DNA of 64,000 nt, taken from a virus. This document shows, in pieces, positions 1-9,091 of the stretch (positions are counted from its first letter, which is position 1; each line of letters begins with the position of its first letter). Below the pieces are notes generated by a model. That model searched no databases. It was given only the letters and a program-made list of their open reading frames with translations, and was not told the origin of the DNA. The stretch lies in IMG/VR virus record IMGVR_UViG_3300037247_001239, positions 1-64,000 of that record. One strand, written 5' to 3'. The position numbers were made by a program, and so were the translations under genes.

Positions 1-472
1 CTCGACCTTCCTGACGACTGCATCCGGGGCGAAGTGATCCTTATTATTGCCCCAGAACAACTGACCAATCTGGTTGATGGCACCACAGAATCTATTACGA
101 GCCTCTGTCATTCCGTCACGCTCGGCCCGTAGCCGCTCGACCTCGGTTTCCAGGTCAAGAGCAATCTCCTGCATTCGGTCAGCTTCACCTTGCAGCCACT
201 TGACCTCTTTCTCCAAGCATCTTTTACACGGCGCGTGGTCCGTGGTCTGACCGCAAGCACATTGCTTCCAATAGCCTGCCATCACTCACTCCTTTTCTTC
301 GCGGCCTCGGTGGCTTGGTCCATGAATTCTTGGCTCGAATTCGCTCTGCCCTCCAGCACGGCCTCCACGCCGTTCGAGAAGATACCGAAACACTTTCGGC
401 AACGAATAGTTGGCTGGTGAGGCGACCTGTTCTCATCCGTCAGGCGGACGCCGCAACTGATGCATTTACTCA

Positions 473-931
473 TCACTCACCCCTTTCTGCTTCCAGCACC
501 TTGTACGCGGCCAGGGCAATTGCCTTGGGCATGGCTTCGGGGGGCGGGCCTTCTATCTTCACCCTGCCGCAAGACTGCTGCCCTCTCCAAAACTCAACAT
601 GAGAATAACGCTGGCTAGAATACATTGAGCTAACTACATCCCACTCTGGCCTACTCACCAGCCAGTCCAGCAACTTCAGAGCGGCGTCGATGTCGATGTC
701 GGGGCGGGGAACATGAGAAGAATTGGCTTGCAATGCCCGTTGACGCGGGTCTGACAAATCACATTCAACCCAATCCGGAGACTCAAGCCATTGTGAATCG
801 GGTTTCACTAATGTCCGCCGCAGAGGTCCGTCTGGACTCTTATAGTCCAAGTCGTGCCACCTCATCCACTTCCACCCTCTCCACTCCGCCAACTTGTCAC
901 AGAGTTTTGTGTCTGATTCAGGTTTACTCAT
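473..931 (-). CDS. Phage protein, ABA-sandwich-like domain
   Basis: PRPDIDIDAALKLLDWL...MPKAIALAAYKV resembles the phage ABA-sandwich pattern; start moved to internal Met (MSKPES). Confidence 0.5.
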   Translation of the reverse strand: MSKPESDTKLCDKLAEWRGWKWMRWHDLDYKSPDGPLRRTLVKPDSQWLESPDWVECDLSDPRQRALQANSSHVPRPDIDIDAALKLLDWLVSRPEWDVVSSMYSSQRYSHVEFWRGQQSCGRVKIEGPPPEAMPKAIALAAYKVLEAERGE

Positions 932-932
932 G

Positions 933-1121
933 TTACTTCTCCAATGCCTTTGCAATGAAGGGTGCATCCACGTCCTCTACCCTGGTGGTATCGACTCCCG
1001 ATTCACGCAGCAGCCACGCAGCCATCGTTATCTCGTCGTAGCAATCCACAATGCGAGCCACGGCCCACAGTACACCGTCATCAAAAGTGAGGTCCGCAGT
1101 ACGTGCGTCTGATTCAGCCAT
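933..1121 (-). CDS. Hypothetical phage protein
   Basis: SD (AAGGA) upstream; tightly packed in the minus-strand operon. Confidence 0.55.
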   Translation of the reverse strand: MAESDARTADLTFDDGVLWAVARIVDCYDEITMAAWLLRESGVDTTRVEDVDAPFIAKALEK

Positions 1122-1270
1122 CGTCGGTTCCTTTCAACTAAAAGCATTCTTCACACACAGGCTCGTCTGCTTCACCTTCAGGCAGGGCTGCTTCACACCC
1201 CAGGCAAATAAGTCGCCCGCATCGACAACATCCAACAATAATGTCAGTTGGTTTACCACAAATTTCACAC

Positions 1271-1750
1271 TCAGCCATCGTCGGTCACCTCATATCTCAC
1301 TTGGCCGAGGACTTCGGCGACGATGAACATGGGGGGAGTGATGTCCTTGGGACTCAAAGCCAGTGCACCACTGAGTCCACCATCAAGATAGGAGACTCGG
1401 CCGGCTTTATCACGGCATCGCGGCCAGTGGGGATCGCCGGGTCTACGGTAACACATCGCCCACGTGTTCAGCGGCAATTGGTCAAGCCTTTGGACCGGAG
1501 GCTCGGGTGGTCCCTCGGGTGGCAACGTCTGCACGGGGCCGAGAACTTCGAGGGCTCTGTAGTCTTCAGGGTGGTTGCTCCGCCAAGTCGGCTCACCAGT
1601 GTGCAAAGACCAGACGTTGCCCCTGGAATCCTTGTATCGTTCGGCTGTTGCTTCTCCGGTTGCAGTGCACTTTACCAATACCATCGGCCCGATCTCCTCC
1701 AAACTCTGGACCACTGGCTCGGCCGGTACGAACGTCACTTCGAGTTTCAT
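1271..1750 (-). CDS. Hypothetical phage protein
   Basis: SD (AGGAG) upstream of ATG; co-oriented with neighbours. Confidence 0.6.
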   Translation of the reverse strand: MKLEVTFVPAEPVVQSLEEIGPMVLVKCTATGEATAERYKDSRGNVWSLHTGEPTWRSNHPEDYRALEVLGPVQTLPPEGPPEPPVQRLDQLPLNTWAMCYRRPGDPHWPRCRDKAGRVSYLDGGLSGALALSPKDITPPMFIVAEVLGQVRYEVTDDG

Positions 1751-1813
1751 GGTTTGCTCCTAGCCCCAGGCCGGCGACCGGGCGACGAGCACGGCCGCAG
1801 CGCGGGGATTGCG

Positions 1814-2437
1814 TTAGAACGGTATGTCGCTGGCAGCCGAAGCACCTGCTGGGGCATCAGCGGGTGCTTCGGCTGGCGGTGTTGCCTTGGGCGTTGGAGT
1901 AGGTGCTTTGGCGGGCGGTGGCGTGGCAGGGGCACCAGACGGGGGCGGAGTCTCCGCACGGGCCACGTTGCCTGCCAATGCCGCCAACTCACCGCCGTAC
2001 CGATTATCCAACGCCTGTGCATCTTCGGCGGACATTTGGCCGCCTTGCGGCACCTCCTCGTAGCCGTTGATCCAGACAATGTGATAGCTGCCGTCGTTTT
2101 TGTACTTGTTCAGCTCGGTGGTAAATCCACATGGAGTCGGCTGCCACGTTTTCTCCTGGAGGCTTACGGATGACCTGTCCCAGCCACAATGCCGAATCAA
2201 TGCAGTCGCTTGTATTTGATTCAGCTTGTTGCGGTTCTCGTCTGTGCCCCAAAGCCATAAGGCCCCGTCTATCTCGAATTCGTTGGGCCGGCAGTCCATC
2301 CAAGCCTTTTCGTCGGGGTCCCAGTATTCGTCGATGCGAGCCGTGATGTTCAACACGATCGCCCCGCTGGGCACCTTTCCAAACTTGTAGGCAGTGATTT
2401 GCCCACGACATCCTCCAGCCCAGTGCATTGGCTGCAT
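1814..2437 (-). CDS. Putative single-stranded DNA-binding protein
   Basis: Pro/Ala-rich linker ending in an SSB-type acidic tail (SDIPF); directly follows a Sak4-like ATPase. Confidence 0.65.
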   Translation of the reverse strand: MQPMHWAGGCRGQITAYKFGKVPSGAIVLNITARIDEYWDPDEKAWMDCRPNEFEIDGALWLWGTDENRNKLNQIQATALIRHCGWDRSSVSLQEKTWQPTPCGFTTELNKYKNDGSYHIVWINGYEEVPQGGQMSAEDAQALDNRYGGELAALAGNVARAETPPPSGAPATPPPAKAPTPTPKATPPAEAPADAPAGASAASDIPF

Positions 2438-2440
2438 GAC

Positions 2441-3304
2441 CTATTCCTTTCCAAATAAGAGTTTCCAAATTTCGGGATTTCCTTTGTCGTACTTCACGCG
2501 ATTGGCCAATGTACGACTCTTGGCCAAATGGGTTGGTAGTTGTGTCGGGTAAATGCTGCGAGTACCCGTACCTTGTGCCTTGCCGTCCTCGTTAACGGCG
2601 GTGTCGTAGCCGATGAACAGCAAATGGTCGCACCACTCCTGCACTCGCGACCGCAACTGGCCGGTGTTTTTTGGTTGCTGTAATCGGTGTTCGTAGCGCA
2701 ACCAGTCTTCGCCGCCAGGATTGGGGACTGTCACGACGCAATCGTGGCACACACCGATAACGTGCTTGCCTGCACGCACCAGGGCATCGAGATCACCCAG
2801 GATTTGCAAAAACGTCTCGTAGACGTGGGTGTAGCCTTTGCCAAAGCCATAGCCCTCGACAGACTTCACAAATTGCCCCTTTTCGTGTTTGACGTTGGCC
2901 AGTGTCCACGTCACGGCAAAATCCTGTAGGGTTGTGAACGAGTCCACCACCACGGCGTCGTATCGCCCCGTCAATCCTCGGTCATGCAGCACGGCTCGCA
3001 CATCCTCAAACGTGCGGGGAATTATTCGATCCACGTCGAGGAACTTACTGGACTCTTCCACGTCAACAAACAAAGGAACAATTTGCACCTGCGTCAATAG
3101 CGAACACAGTTCGGTCTTACCGATACCGCCCGTACCGTAGACCACAATCCGTTGGGCACCGCGGCTGACCCCCGTCTCCACTTCCAGACGGTTCGGCTGA
3201 ATCCCTTCCGTTCCCGTAGGGACAGGACCCATTGGTCCCGTAGGCTTAGACGGCTGCGTGACGGGCGACGGCTTGGTCGCCATCGGCCCGGTAGGTTTAC
3301 TCAT
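2441..3304 (-). CDS. AAA_24/Sak4-like recombination ATPase
   Basis: Walker A VYGTGGIGKT, Walker B VVVDSFT, EGYGFGKGY motif, EWCDHLLF, HLAKSR. Confidence 0.85.
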   Translation of the reverse strand: MSKPTGPMATKPSPVTQPSKPTGPMGPVPTGTEGIQPNRLEVETGVSRGAQRIVVYGTGGIGKTELCSLLTQVQIVPLFVDVEESSKFLDVDRIIPRTFEDVRAVLHDRGLTGRYDAVVVDSFTTLQDFAVTWTLANVKHEKGQFVKSVEGYGFGKGYTHVYETFLQILGDLDALVRAGKHVIGVCHDCVVTVPNPGGEDWLRYEHRLQQPKNTGQLRSRVQEWCDHLLFIGYDTAVNEDGKAQGTGTRSIYPTQLPTHLAKSRTLANRVKYDKGNPEIWKLLFGKE

Positions 3305-4332
3305 CAGAAAGTCCTTTCAGTTCGGGATGAACATTCGATACAAACTCAAACCCCTCTGGCGCCACACCAGAGGACAAATCGGTCTTGCTGCTACATAAGC
3401 CGAAGTAGCTGCAAAATCCGCACGTATCGCGGGTAACGGTCCTGTACCACCGATTGTTTCGCTGTGCCTCGCGTAACGTCTTCTGAATGTCCCACAGTTC
3501 CGCTCGGCACTCCTCAATCTCCTGGTCCAGTCGTGGTATCTCCACGCGGGCGTAGTAGAAATCGGGCCGCTTGGCAATGTCGTCGATGATTCGCTGACTC
3601 CACTCGTCGGGCGTCATCGGTCTGGACTGGAGGACGTAGCTTTTGGCGGTGTCGCCTGTTTGGCGGGGCATACCATCTTTTTTCAACACGCGCTGACCGT
3701 CGGCATTCAGCACTATTTTCAGCCCAGTCCTATCCAGTAACGGCACCCTCGTCGGCTTGATGCTGGGTTTGCGAATCACGTCGTAAAACACCGTACTTAC
3801 ATCGTGGCCGAGTTCCCTTGCCGCATGGACGTAGATGGAGATTTGCAGGTCGTTCTGAAGGCGAAGCCAATAGTCGCTACCCAATGCCAAATCCTCGGAG
3901 GCGGTCTTGTGTTCCATCACGGCAAGTCGGCTGTCTTCCATCCGCACGATGCCGTCGATGACGCCAGCCAATTCGAAGAGCTGCGACGGTTTGCCCGTCG
4001 CGGGATTTCGCAACGGCAATCGAAACGACTGTTCGGTGGCGATTACCTTCAATTTGGAAGCACCCCATCGCCAGTCGTAGCCACTCAACAGGGCCGCCAC
4101 CATAGCACGTTCGTATTGCCACTCCAGGTCAGTCGTATGCTCGGCAAGCGATGGCGATTGCATCCTTGACATCCTTTCCCTGTTTCAGAGCGTCCAGCCC
4201 CAAATGAAACGCCGCGCCGATTCGCAGTGCCCTGGGGTCGGTTACGGGACGCAGACCCAACTCATAGGCGTAGTGGTTCCGCTTGCGGCAAATCTTGAAA
4301 CTCTGCGAACGCGAATTAGTCAGCAGTTGCAT
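3297..4332 (-). pseudogene. PD-(D/E)XK (PDDEXK_1/Cas4-like) exonuclease, frameshifted near 4130
   Basis: N-terminus (TNSRSQSFKICRKRNHYAYELG...GAAFHLGL) stops at 4129; catalytic part (EQSF, GVIDGIV, MEHKT, QISIY, CGFCSYFGLC) continues in another frame. Confidence 0.75.
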
Positions 4333-4539
4333 GGGTTTTCCTTTCGTTACTGATCTGCCTTCTCGGCGATCCCCTCCATCTGTTGCAATATCAGCTTCCA
4401 CTGGTGTGCCCAGTCCATGTCCAGCCTCCCCTCATCGTGCAGCTTCGGCCCAGCCAACCGCCAGAGGTAGATTGCGCTGTTGGCCAGCTTCATGCCGCTG
4501 CTCGGCTCGACTTCCCGCGGCGGGTCAACACGTGGTTCG

Positions 4540-4884
4540 CTAGACATCTGCTTTACCAGTGAGCGCAGCGACCTTCTTTTCGAGTTCCGCCAGCTTTGCG
4601 ACCGCTGCATTACGCTCCTGGCGGTCCCGGTCCGACTTTTTTGTCAGTTGGTCAATGTCCAATTCTGCGGCCTCTTCCTCGTCGATGAGTTGCGAGTCCG
4701 TGATGAATTGGGGAAAAGAAAGGTCGGAGGCACCACACTTCACAGCGTACTTATTAGGCTCGCTGAATTTGGTGTCCTTCTCTTCAACCGGTGTTGCTTC
4801 GGAAAGCATTTTGAAGAAAGCACCTGTGTCCGCCCCCTCGGCCAGCAAGAGTTTCGTGTACCCAATCTCGATAAGCAGTCGCAT
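4540..4884 (-). CDS. Hypothetical protein with C-terminal coiled coil
   Basis: Strong SD (AAGGAG); operon packing. Confidence 0.65.
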   Translation of the reverse strand: MRLLIEIGYTKLLLAEGADTGAFFKMLSEATPVEEKDTKFSEPNKYAVKCGASDLSFPQFITDSQLIDEEEAAELDIDQLTKKSDRDRQERNAAVAKLAELEKKVAALTGKADV

Positions 4885-4918
4885 GTTATGTCTCCTTTAA
4901 GGTTGGTCGATGGGTGGT

Positions 4919-5233
4919 TCAGGCATCGGGGTCTCCGGCCGGCTGCTTGGCCTTGGCGATAGCGGCTTCCGCTTGGTCGAAATCCAGGGCTTGCGTTTCT
5001 TCGCCCCCGAGGCATTTGACCTGGCACAACAAGTCCTCGCACGCGGCCAGCAAGTCCGGGGCCGCGGCTATCAGCGCGGCGTCTGCGGCCTTGAACTCTC
5101 GTGGATATACGGGTGACAGTTCGCAGATGGAACCATATCCAGGTCCGCTCGGTCCCCAGATTAGACCTGGTTTGCCATCTTCATAATGTGGGTCCGTGTT
5201 CACAATCCACGGTCCTGGCGTATGCTTGCTCAT
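4919..5233 (-). CDS. Phage 'HTPGPW...LIAAAPDLL' family protein
   Basis: MSKHTPGPW and ADAALIAAAPDLLAAC motifs common in phage early proteins; paralogue at 17768. Confidence 0.7.
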   Translation of the reverse strand: MSKHTPGPWIVNTDPHYEDGKPGLIWGPSGPGYGSICELSPVYPREFKAADAALIAAAPDLLAACEDLLCQVKCLGGEETQALDFDQAEAAIAKAKQPAGDPDA

Positions 5234-5355
5234 GTCAACTCCCTTCCGTTTCCGTCACCACCGACTTCACCTCCACCACGTCGCCGCACTCGGGACACGC
5301 GTCCGGAGCCCAGCCCTCGGTGGTGCCCTCGTAATCGCAGTCGCGGTTCATGCAC

Positions 5356-5529
5356 CTAAGCCGCAGCATCGTCGGGGCCTTTCTGTATGGCATTGTCTCT
5401 GACAATCGGCACTTCCCGGGGAGCCTCGATCCCCAGCCGCACAATACCGCCATACACGCCAATAACTGTGATGGTGATGTCGGGGCCGATGTGAATCTTC
5501 TCGCCCCGTTTCCTACTAAGACACAACAT
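5356..5529 (-). CDS. csrA: Carbon storage regulator CsrA/RsmA homologue
   Basis: MLCLSRKRGEKIHIGPDITITVIGVYGGIVRLGIEAPREVPIVR matches the CsrA consensus; SD GGAGG upstream. Confidence 0.9.
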   Translation of the reverse strand: MLCLSRKRGEKIHIGPDITITVIGVYGGIVRLGIEAPREVPIVRDNAIQKGPDDAAA

Positions 5530-5624
5530 GATTTCCTCCTGATAAATTGGGGCCGCGGCCTCCTGCTTTGGCCCCGCGGGTCCATCCACGGCGTCCATGC
5601 CGTTGCCTTCCTCATGCCGGTGTC

Positions 5625-5789
5625 CTATAGTTCCTTGTTTGTCGCTTGCGGTATGCCTGCCCTTTCCCTCGGAGTCTCGTGCTTGTAGCAATCCTGACAA
5701 AGCACTGGAAACCCATGTCCCTCTTCAAAGCAAATACCGCAATGCGAGCACTGTAAGCCCTCGACCATAGCGTCTGCGATCTCGCCCAT
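5625..5789 (-). CDS. Small Zn-finger phage protein
   Basis: MGEIAD...CSHCG...LCQDC; SD upstream. Confidence 0.6.
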   Translation of the reverse strand: MGEIADAMVEGLQCSHCGICFEEGHGFPVLCQDCYKHETPRERAGIPQATNKEL

Positions 5790-5829
5790 CGGTTCTTCCT
5801 TTCGTGTGCCGGCCATGCCGGTTCGTCCT

Positions 5830-6078
5830 TTACTCAACGTTTTCGGATTCTTCCAGTTCAAATGGTTCGCCGCGCTGGCCTGCTTCGTGTGCGGCTCGCA
5901 AGACCTCTGGCAGCTTGTATACAAACTTCAAGTCCCGCCCGAGATTTGCGTCCTCTGGACATTCTGATAGATTACAGCCCTGGGCCACACACTGGTCATC
6001 CACAAATACCTCGCACCTGGACTGGTACTCGTCGCCAGGATCGTTCTTCTTTCCGCTATACTCAATCTTCACTCTCAT
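5830..6078 (-). CDS. Hypothetical protein
   Basis: Start MRVKIE follows the repeated CACACGAAAGG leader. Confidence 0.55.
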   Translation of the reverse strand: MRVKIEYSGKKNDPGDEYQSRCEVFVDDQCVAQGCNLSECPEDANLGRDLKFVYKLPEVLRAAHEAGQRGEPFELEESENVE

Positions 6079-6296
6079 AGCTATCGCCTTTCGTGTGCCG
6101 GCCTCATGCCGGGGCTTCCTGTTCGTGATTGAAAACGCACGGCGGACGGCCGTCTGGCGACTCAGCGGGAAGTCGCAAGCCACCCGGGACTCAACGGGGT
6201 GTTTATAATACCCGTGTCGTTTCGGGCCGCGGACGAACCGCCATCCCGTGTACCGCCCGCACGTGCTTTTTGTAAGCGTTCATAAGAAACTTTGGG

Positions 6297-6704
6297 TTAG
6301 CCGGTAGGCAGCAACGTTCCGTAGTGGCGTTTCTTGTGGCATGACCGACAAAGCCATTGCACATCGTCGGAACTATAATCCTCGTGATGACCCTCAATCC
6401 TTGCTGTCCTTCTGCATACACTGCATTGCTTTGGCCGGACCTTTTTGCCCTGCTTCAGCGCTTCGGCAAGACGCGAAGCAGCAGCCTTCTTTACTTTCGG
6501 GTCTTCTTCAAATGAGATATTCCTATCGTTCAGCACTTTAGCCCCTGCCCTCGCGCTGCATGAGTACCTGCAATACTTTCCCTTTCCTCGTTTCAATTCA
6601 GAGAGGGATACCCAGAAAGATGTGCCGCAGCCAATGCACCTTTGCTTAACACAACGAAATCGACGCGAATCTCGCTTAAGTGTACGACCACCAGAATCAA
6701 TCAT
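6297..6704 (-). CDS. HNH endonuclease-like Zn-binding protein
   Basis: CIGCG...KYCRYSC N-terminus; CSVC...EGHHEDYS...WLCRSCHKKRH C-terminus. Confidence 0.75.
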   Translation of the reverse strand: MIDSGGRTLKRDSRRFRCVKQRCIGCGTSFWVSLSELKRGKGKYCRYSCSARAGAKVLNDRNISFEEDPKVKKAAASRLAEALKQGKKVRPKQCSVCRRTARIEGHHEDYSSDDVQWLCRSCHKKRHYGTLLPTG

Positions 6705-6954
6705 CAGTGTTTCCTTTCCCAACCGCCCGCCGTGCTTTCGCGGGGCAGGCCACCTCGCTTGTAAAGTGCCCCCGACAGGAATCGAACCTGCCTCGCTTGC
6801 CATTGTTACGACGGAATCGAACCGCCAGCGGGGAATGTCCCATGGCCAACAAGGGCGTCATAGGGGCCACCTCCCAGGACCCCGTTGCAACGCTCCTTTC
6901 GTTCGTCCCTCTGCTGCACGCAGACAGGAACCGCACCATTGCGGCCGTTGCAAG

Positions 6955-7028
6955 TGCCGGGCCGTGGAATCGAACCACGATTACTGGCTTATGAGACCAG
7001 CGAGATCACCAGACCTTCCCACCCGGTA
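6955..7028 (-). tRNA. tRNA-Met (CAT), possibly initiator-like or Ile2
   Basis: Cloverleaf: acceptor ACCGGGT/GCCCGGC, anticodon arm CTGGT-CTCATAA-GCCAG, T arm CGTGG-TTCGATT-CCACG; no encoded CCA. Confidence 0.8.
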
Positions 7029-7116
7029 TTGTCCTCCTTGGTTGTTCTCAAGTGCCGGCTTTCCACCGACTTGGCCCTCTGGACTGTCACGTCTTTCGCC
7101 GGCCCCTCCGACACGA

Positions 7117-7338
7117 CTACCGGCGCTCGCTTGTGGCGTTCCGGCTTGCCTTTTGCATGGTTCGGCTGTTCGTGGAGCCGCACCCGACGTTGGGGTGCCG
7201 AGCACTCGTGTTCTCCTCGAAGTCCAGGCGCTCTTCCACCGCCGCCAACTCGCCGCGCTCGAGGGCACGCTCGACCTCGCGCCGCCGCGACTCTTCGGCG
7301 TCAACGCACGTTTGGCCGTCGGGAATGGTCAGTGGCAT
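7117..7338 (-). CDS. Small hypothetical protein
   Basis: SD CAGGAG upstream; lies between the tRNA-like RNA and tRNA-Met. Confidence 0.5.
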   Translation of the reverse strand: MPLTIPDGQTCVDAEESRRREVERALERGELAAVEERLDFEENTSARHPNVGCGSTNSRTMQKASRNATSERR

Positions 7339-7380
7339 GGTGTGCTCCTGTTACAGGTCTGTCACTTAGGTTGGTGCGCT

Positions 7381-7526
7381 TTGCGGGCAGCGGGCGGGCC
7401 GGAATCGACAGCCGACTTGAGCTTCCTCAGTCTCAACCCGCTGGGTACCAAACGGCTCACGCCGCTGGCCTTGAGCGTTACCCCTGTGAGTGCGTGTCCT
7501 TCCACGCCGCCGCCCGCCGCCCGCAA
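7381..7526 (-). ncRNA. tRNA-like structured RNA (copy 1)
   Basis: Long closing stem (7381-7397 with 7510-7526), D-like hairpin CGGCGTGGAAGGACACG, T-like arm GTCGG-CTGTCGATT-CCGGC. Confidence 0.5.
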
Positions 7527-7596
7527 AACGCACGAATGAAACAGGACGCGCCGGCCGTCCGTTGCCGGCACGCCGGGGTAGATGGTTCGCTTCATG

Positions 7597-7707
7597 GGGT
7601 TCACTCGCCACCTTCAGACTCTCTGACTTCTCGGTTCACTCCTCTGCCGCAGACTCTCCGTGCCATCGGTTCACTCATTTCCCACAGACTCTCACTAACC
7701 GCGGTTA
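7597..7707 (-). repeat. TIGR-like dual-repeat mini-array (3 units)
   Basis: CAGACTCTC at 7615, 7650, 7685 alternating with (C)GGTTCACTC; 8-nt variable segments, 35-nt period; same repeats as the main array. Confidence 0.9.
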
Positions 7708-8442
7708 GTATTTGCGGACCATCGCCTTGATCTTCTCGAACCTTGCCGCCTGCTCCGCGTCGGCCAGGTCAATGGTCTTGCACTCCAACACGGCAAGGAA
7801 CGCATCCATTATCTGGAGGTTGTCGCGTTGCGTGAGCGGTCCACCTTTCTGTAATGCCAGTTTGGCTGAGGCCGAACCGGCACAGCAGTCCAGGGCTTTT
7901 TTCAGCACGCCAATAAACTTGCCGTTTACGCGGCGGTAGCTGCGGCTCTCCTTCTTCGGTGGCTCGCCCTTCTTGGGTTTCATCTCCGCCAGGCCCTCGA
8001 CAACCCGCGTGAGAATCAACCTCTCCAGCGTGACCGGGTCCATGCACAATATCTTGCTGATGCGCTTCAGGCTGTAGCCCTGCTGCTTCAGCCGATAGCC
8101 AATCCAGGCTTTGTCGCCGGGGTCCAGTTGCCGACCGTGCCTCGCGTTCAGTTCGACTGACTTTGCGAACCACTGCTTTTCGGGAAGCTTCAGAATCTCG
8201 GCCGCAATCTTCGTCTGCTTGGCCTTGCGGTGGATGAGGTAACGGTGTCGGCCGTCCAAACTCAGGAATGGATAGGGTCGTTTTGTCACCCTCACCAGTG
8301 CAATGGGCGGAAAGTTTGCACCCTGCTGGTAGGCATCCCAGTACTGGTTGACGGTAAACCAGTTGGCGTCGGCGTTCACCCGCGGGTAATACGCCGCCTC
8401 GAATCCGATATCGTCAAGCGGAATCATCGTGATTTCCGGCAT
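7705..8442 (-). CDS. ParB/Srx N-terminal-domain protein with HTH-like region
   Basis: YYPR...GANFPPI.L...LDGRHR (ParB GxxR-type box), ELNARHG..L...DK and a following helix-turn-helix-like segment; SD AAGGAG before the ATG at 8442. Confidence 0.8.
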   Translation of the reverse strand: MPEITMIPLDDIGFEAAYYPRVNADANWFTVNQYWDAYQQGANFPPIALVRVTKRPYPFLSLDGRHRYLIHRKAKQTKIAAEILKLPEKQWFAKSVELNARHGRQLDPGDKAWIGYRLKQQGYSLKRISKILCMDPVTLERLILTRVVEGLAEMKPKKGEPPKKESRSYRRVNGKFIGVLKKALDCCAGSASAKLALQKGGPLTQRDNLQIMDAFLAVLECKTIDLADAEQAARFEKIKAMVRKY

Positions 8443-8468
8443 GACATTCTCCTTTTGTAAGGTGTCAG

Positions 8469-9091
8469 AAAAACACTCGCATTTCGCAGACTCTCGGTTC
8501 TTCCGGTTCACTCTCACTCGCTATGGTTTACTCACGTGCGTCAGACTCTCTGCGGTCGCGGTTCACTCACCTGTGACAGACTCTCGGTAGTTCCGGTTCA
8601 CTCCGGCCTCCCAGATTCTCTATGAGCACGGTTCACTCGCGGTGGTCAGACTCTCCCCGCCGTCGGTTCACTCCGCCCCCACAGACTCTCGCTCGTTGCG
8701 GTTCACTCGTTGATCCCAGACTCTCGAAGAGCACGGTTTACTCCTTTCTTGCAGACTCTTCCCTCTCTCGGTTCACTCCGATGCGTCAGACTCTCACTCG
8801 TTGCGGTTCACTCACTTGTGACAGACCCTCGGCCGTTCCGGTTCACTCACAGCCAACAGGCTCTCAGCGATCACGGTTCACTCAGCCCGGTCAGACTCTC
8901 AGGAACGTCGGTTCACTCTCTTCCACAGACTCTCGCAGGAGACGGTTTACTCTCTTGGCGCAGACTCTCGGCGCTTGCGGTTCACTCCAGTCTGACAGAC
9001 TCTCGGTTTTCGCGGTTTACTCAAGTGCTTCGGATTCTCAATGGAAGCGGTTCACTCGAGCTTTGCAGACTCTCGCCGATGTCGGTTACTC
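8469..9091 (-). repeat. TIGR-like dual-repeat guide array (17 units)
   Basis: CAGACTCTC-type repeat at 8487, 8542, 8577, 8612, 8647, 8682, 8717, 8752, 8787, 8822, 8857, 8892, 8926, 8961, 8996, 9031, 9066 alternating with CGGTT(C/T)ACTC; variable 8-nt segments; starts at the stop codon of the Nop-domain gene. Confidence 0.92.

Noticed and set aside
6766-6870. Second canonical tRNA
   Set aside because: T arm and a partial acceptor stem are present, but there is no proper D or anticodon arm and the spacing is too long; kept only as a tRNA-like remnant
8469-9091. CRISPR array
   Set aside because: Two alternating 9-10 nt repeats with 8-nt variable parts do not fit CRISPR geometry, and there are no cas genes; the Cas4-like nuclease belongs to the recombination module
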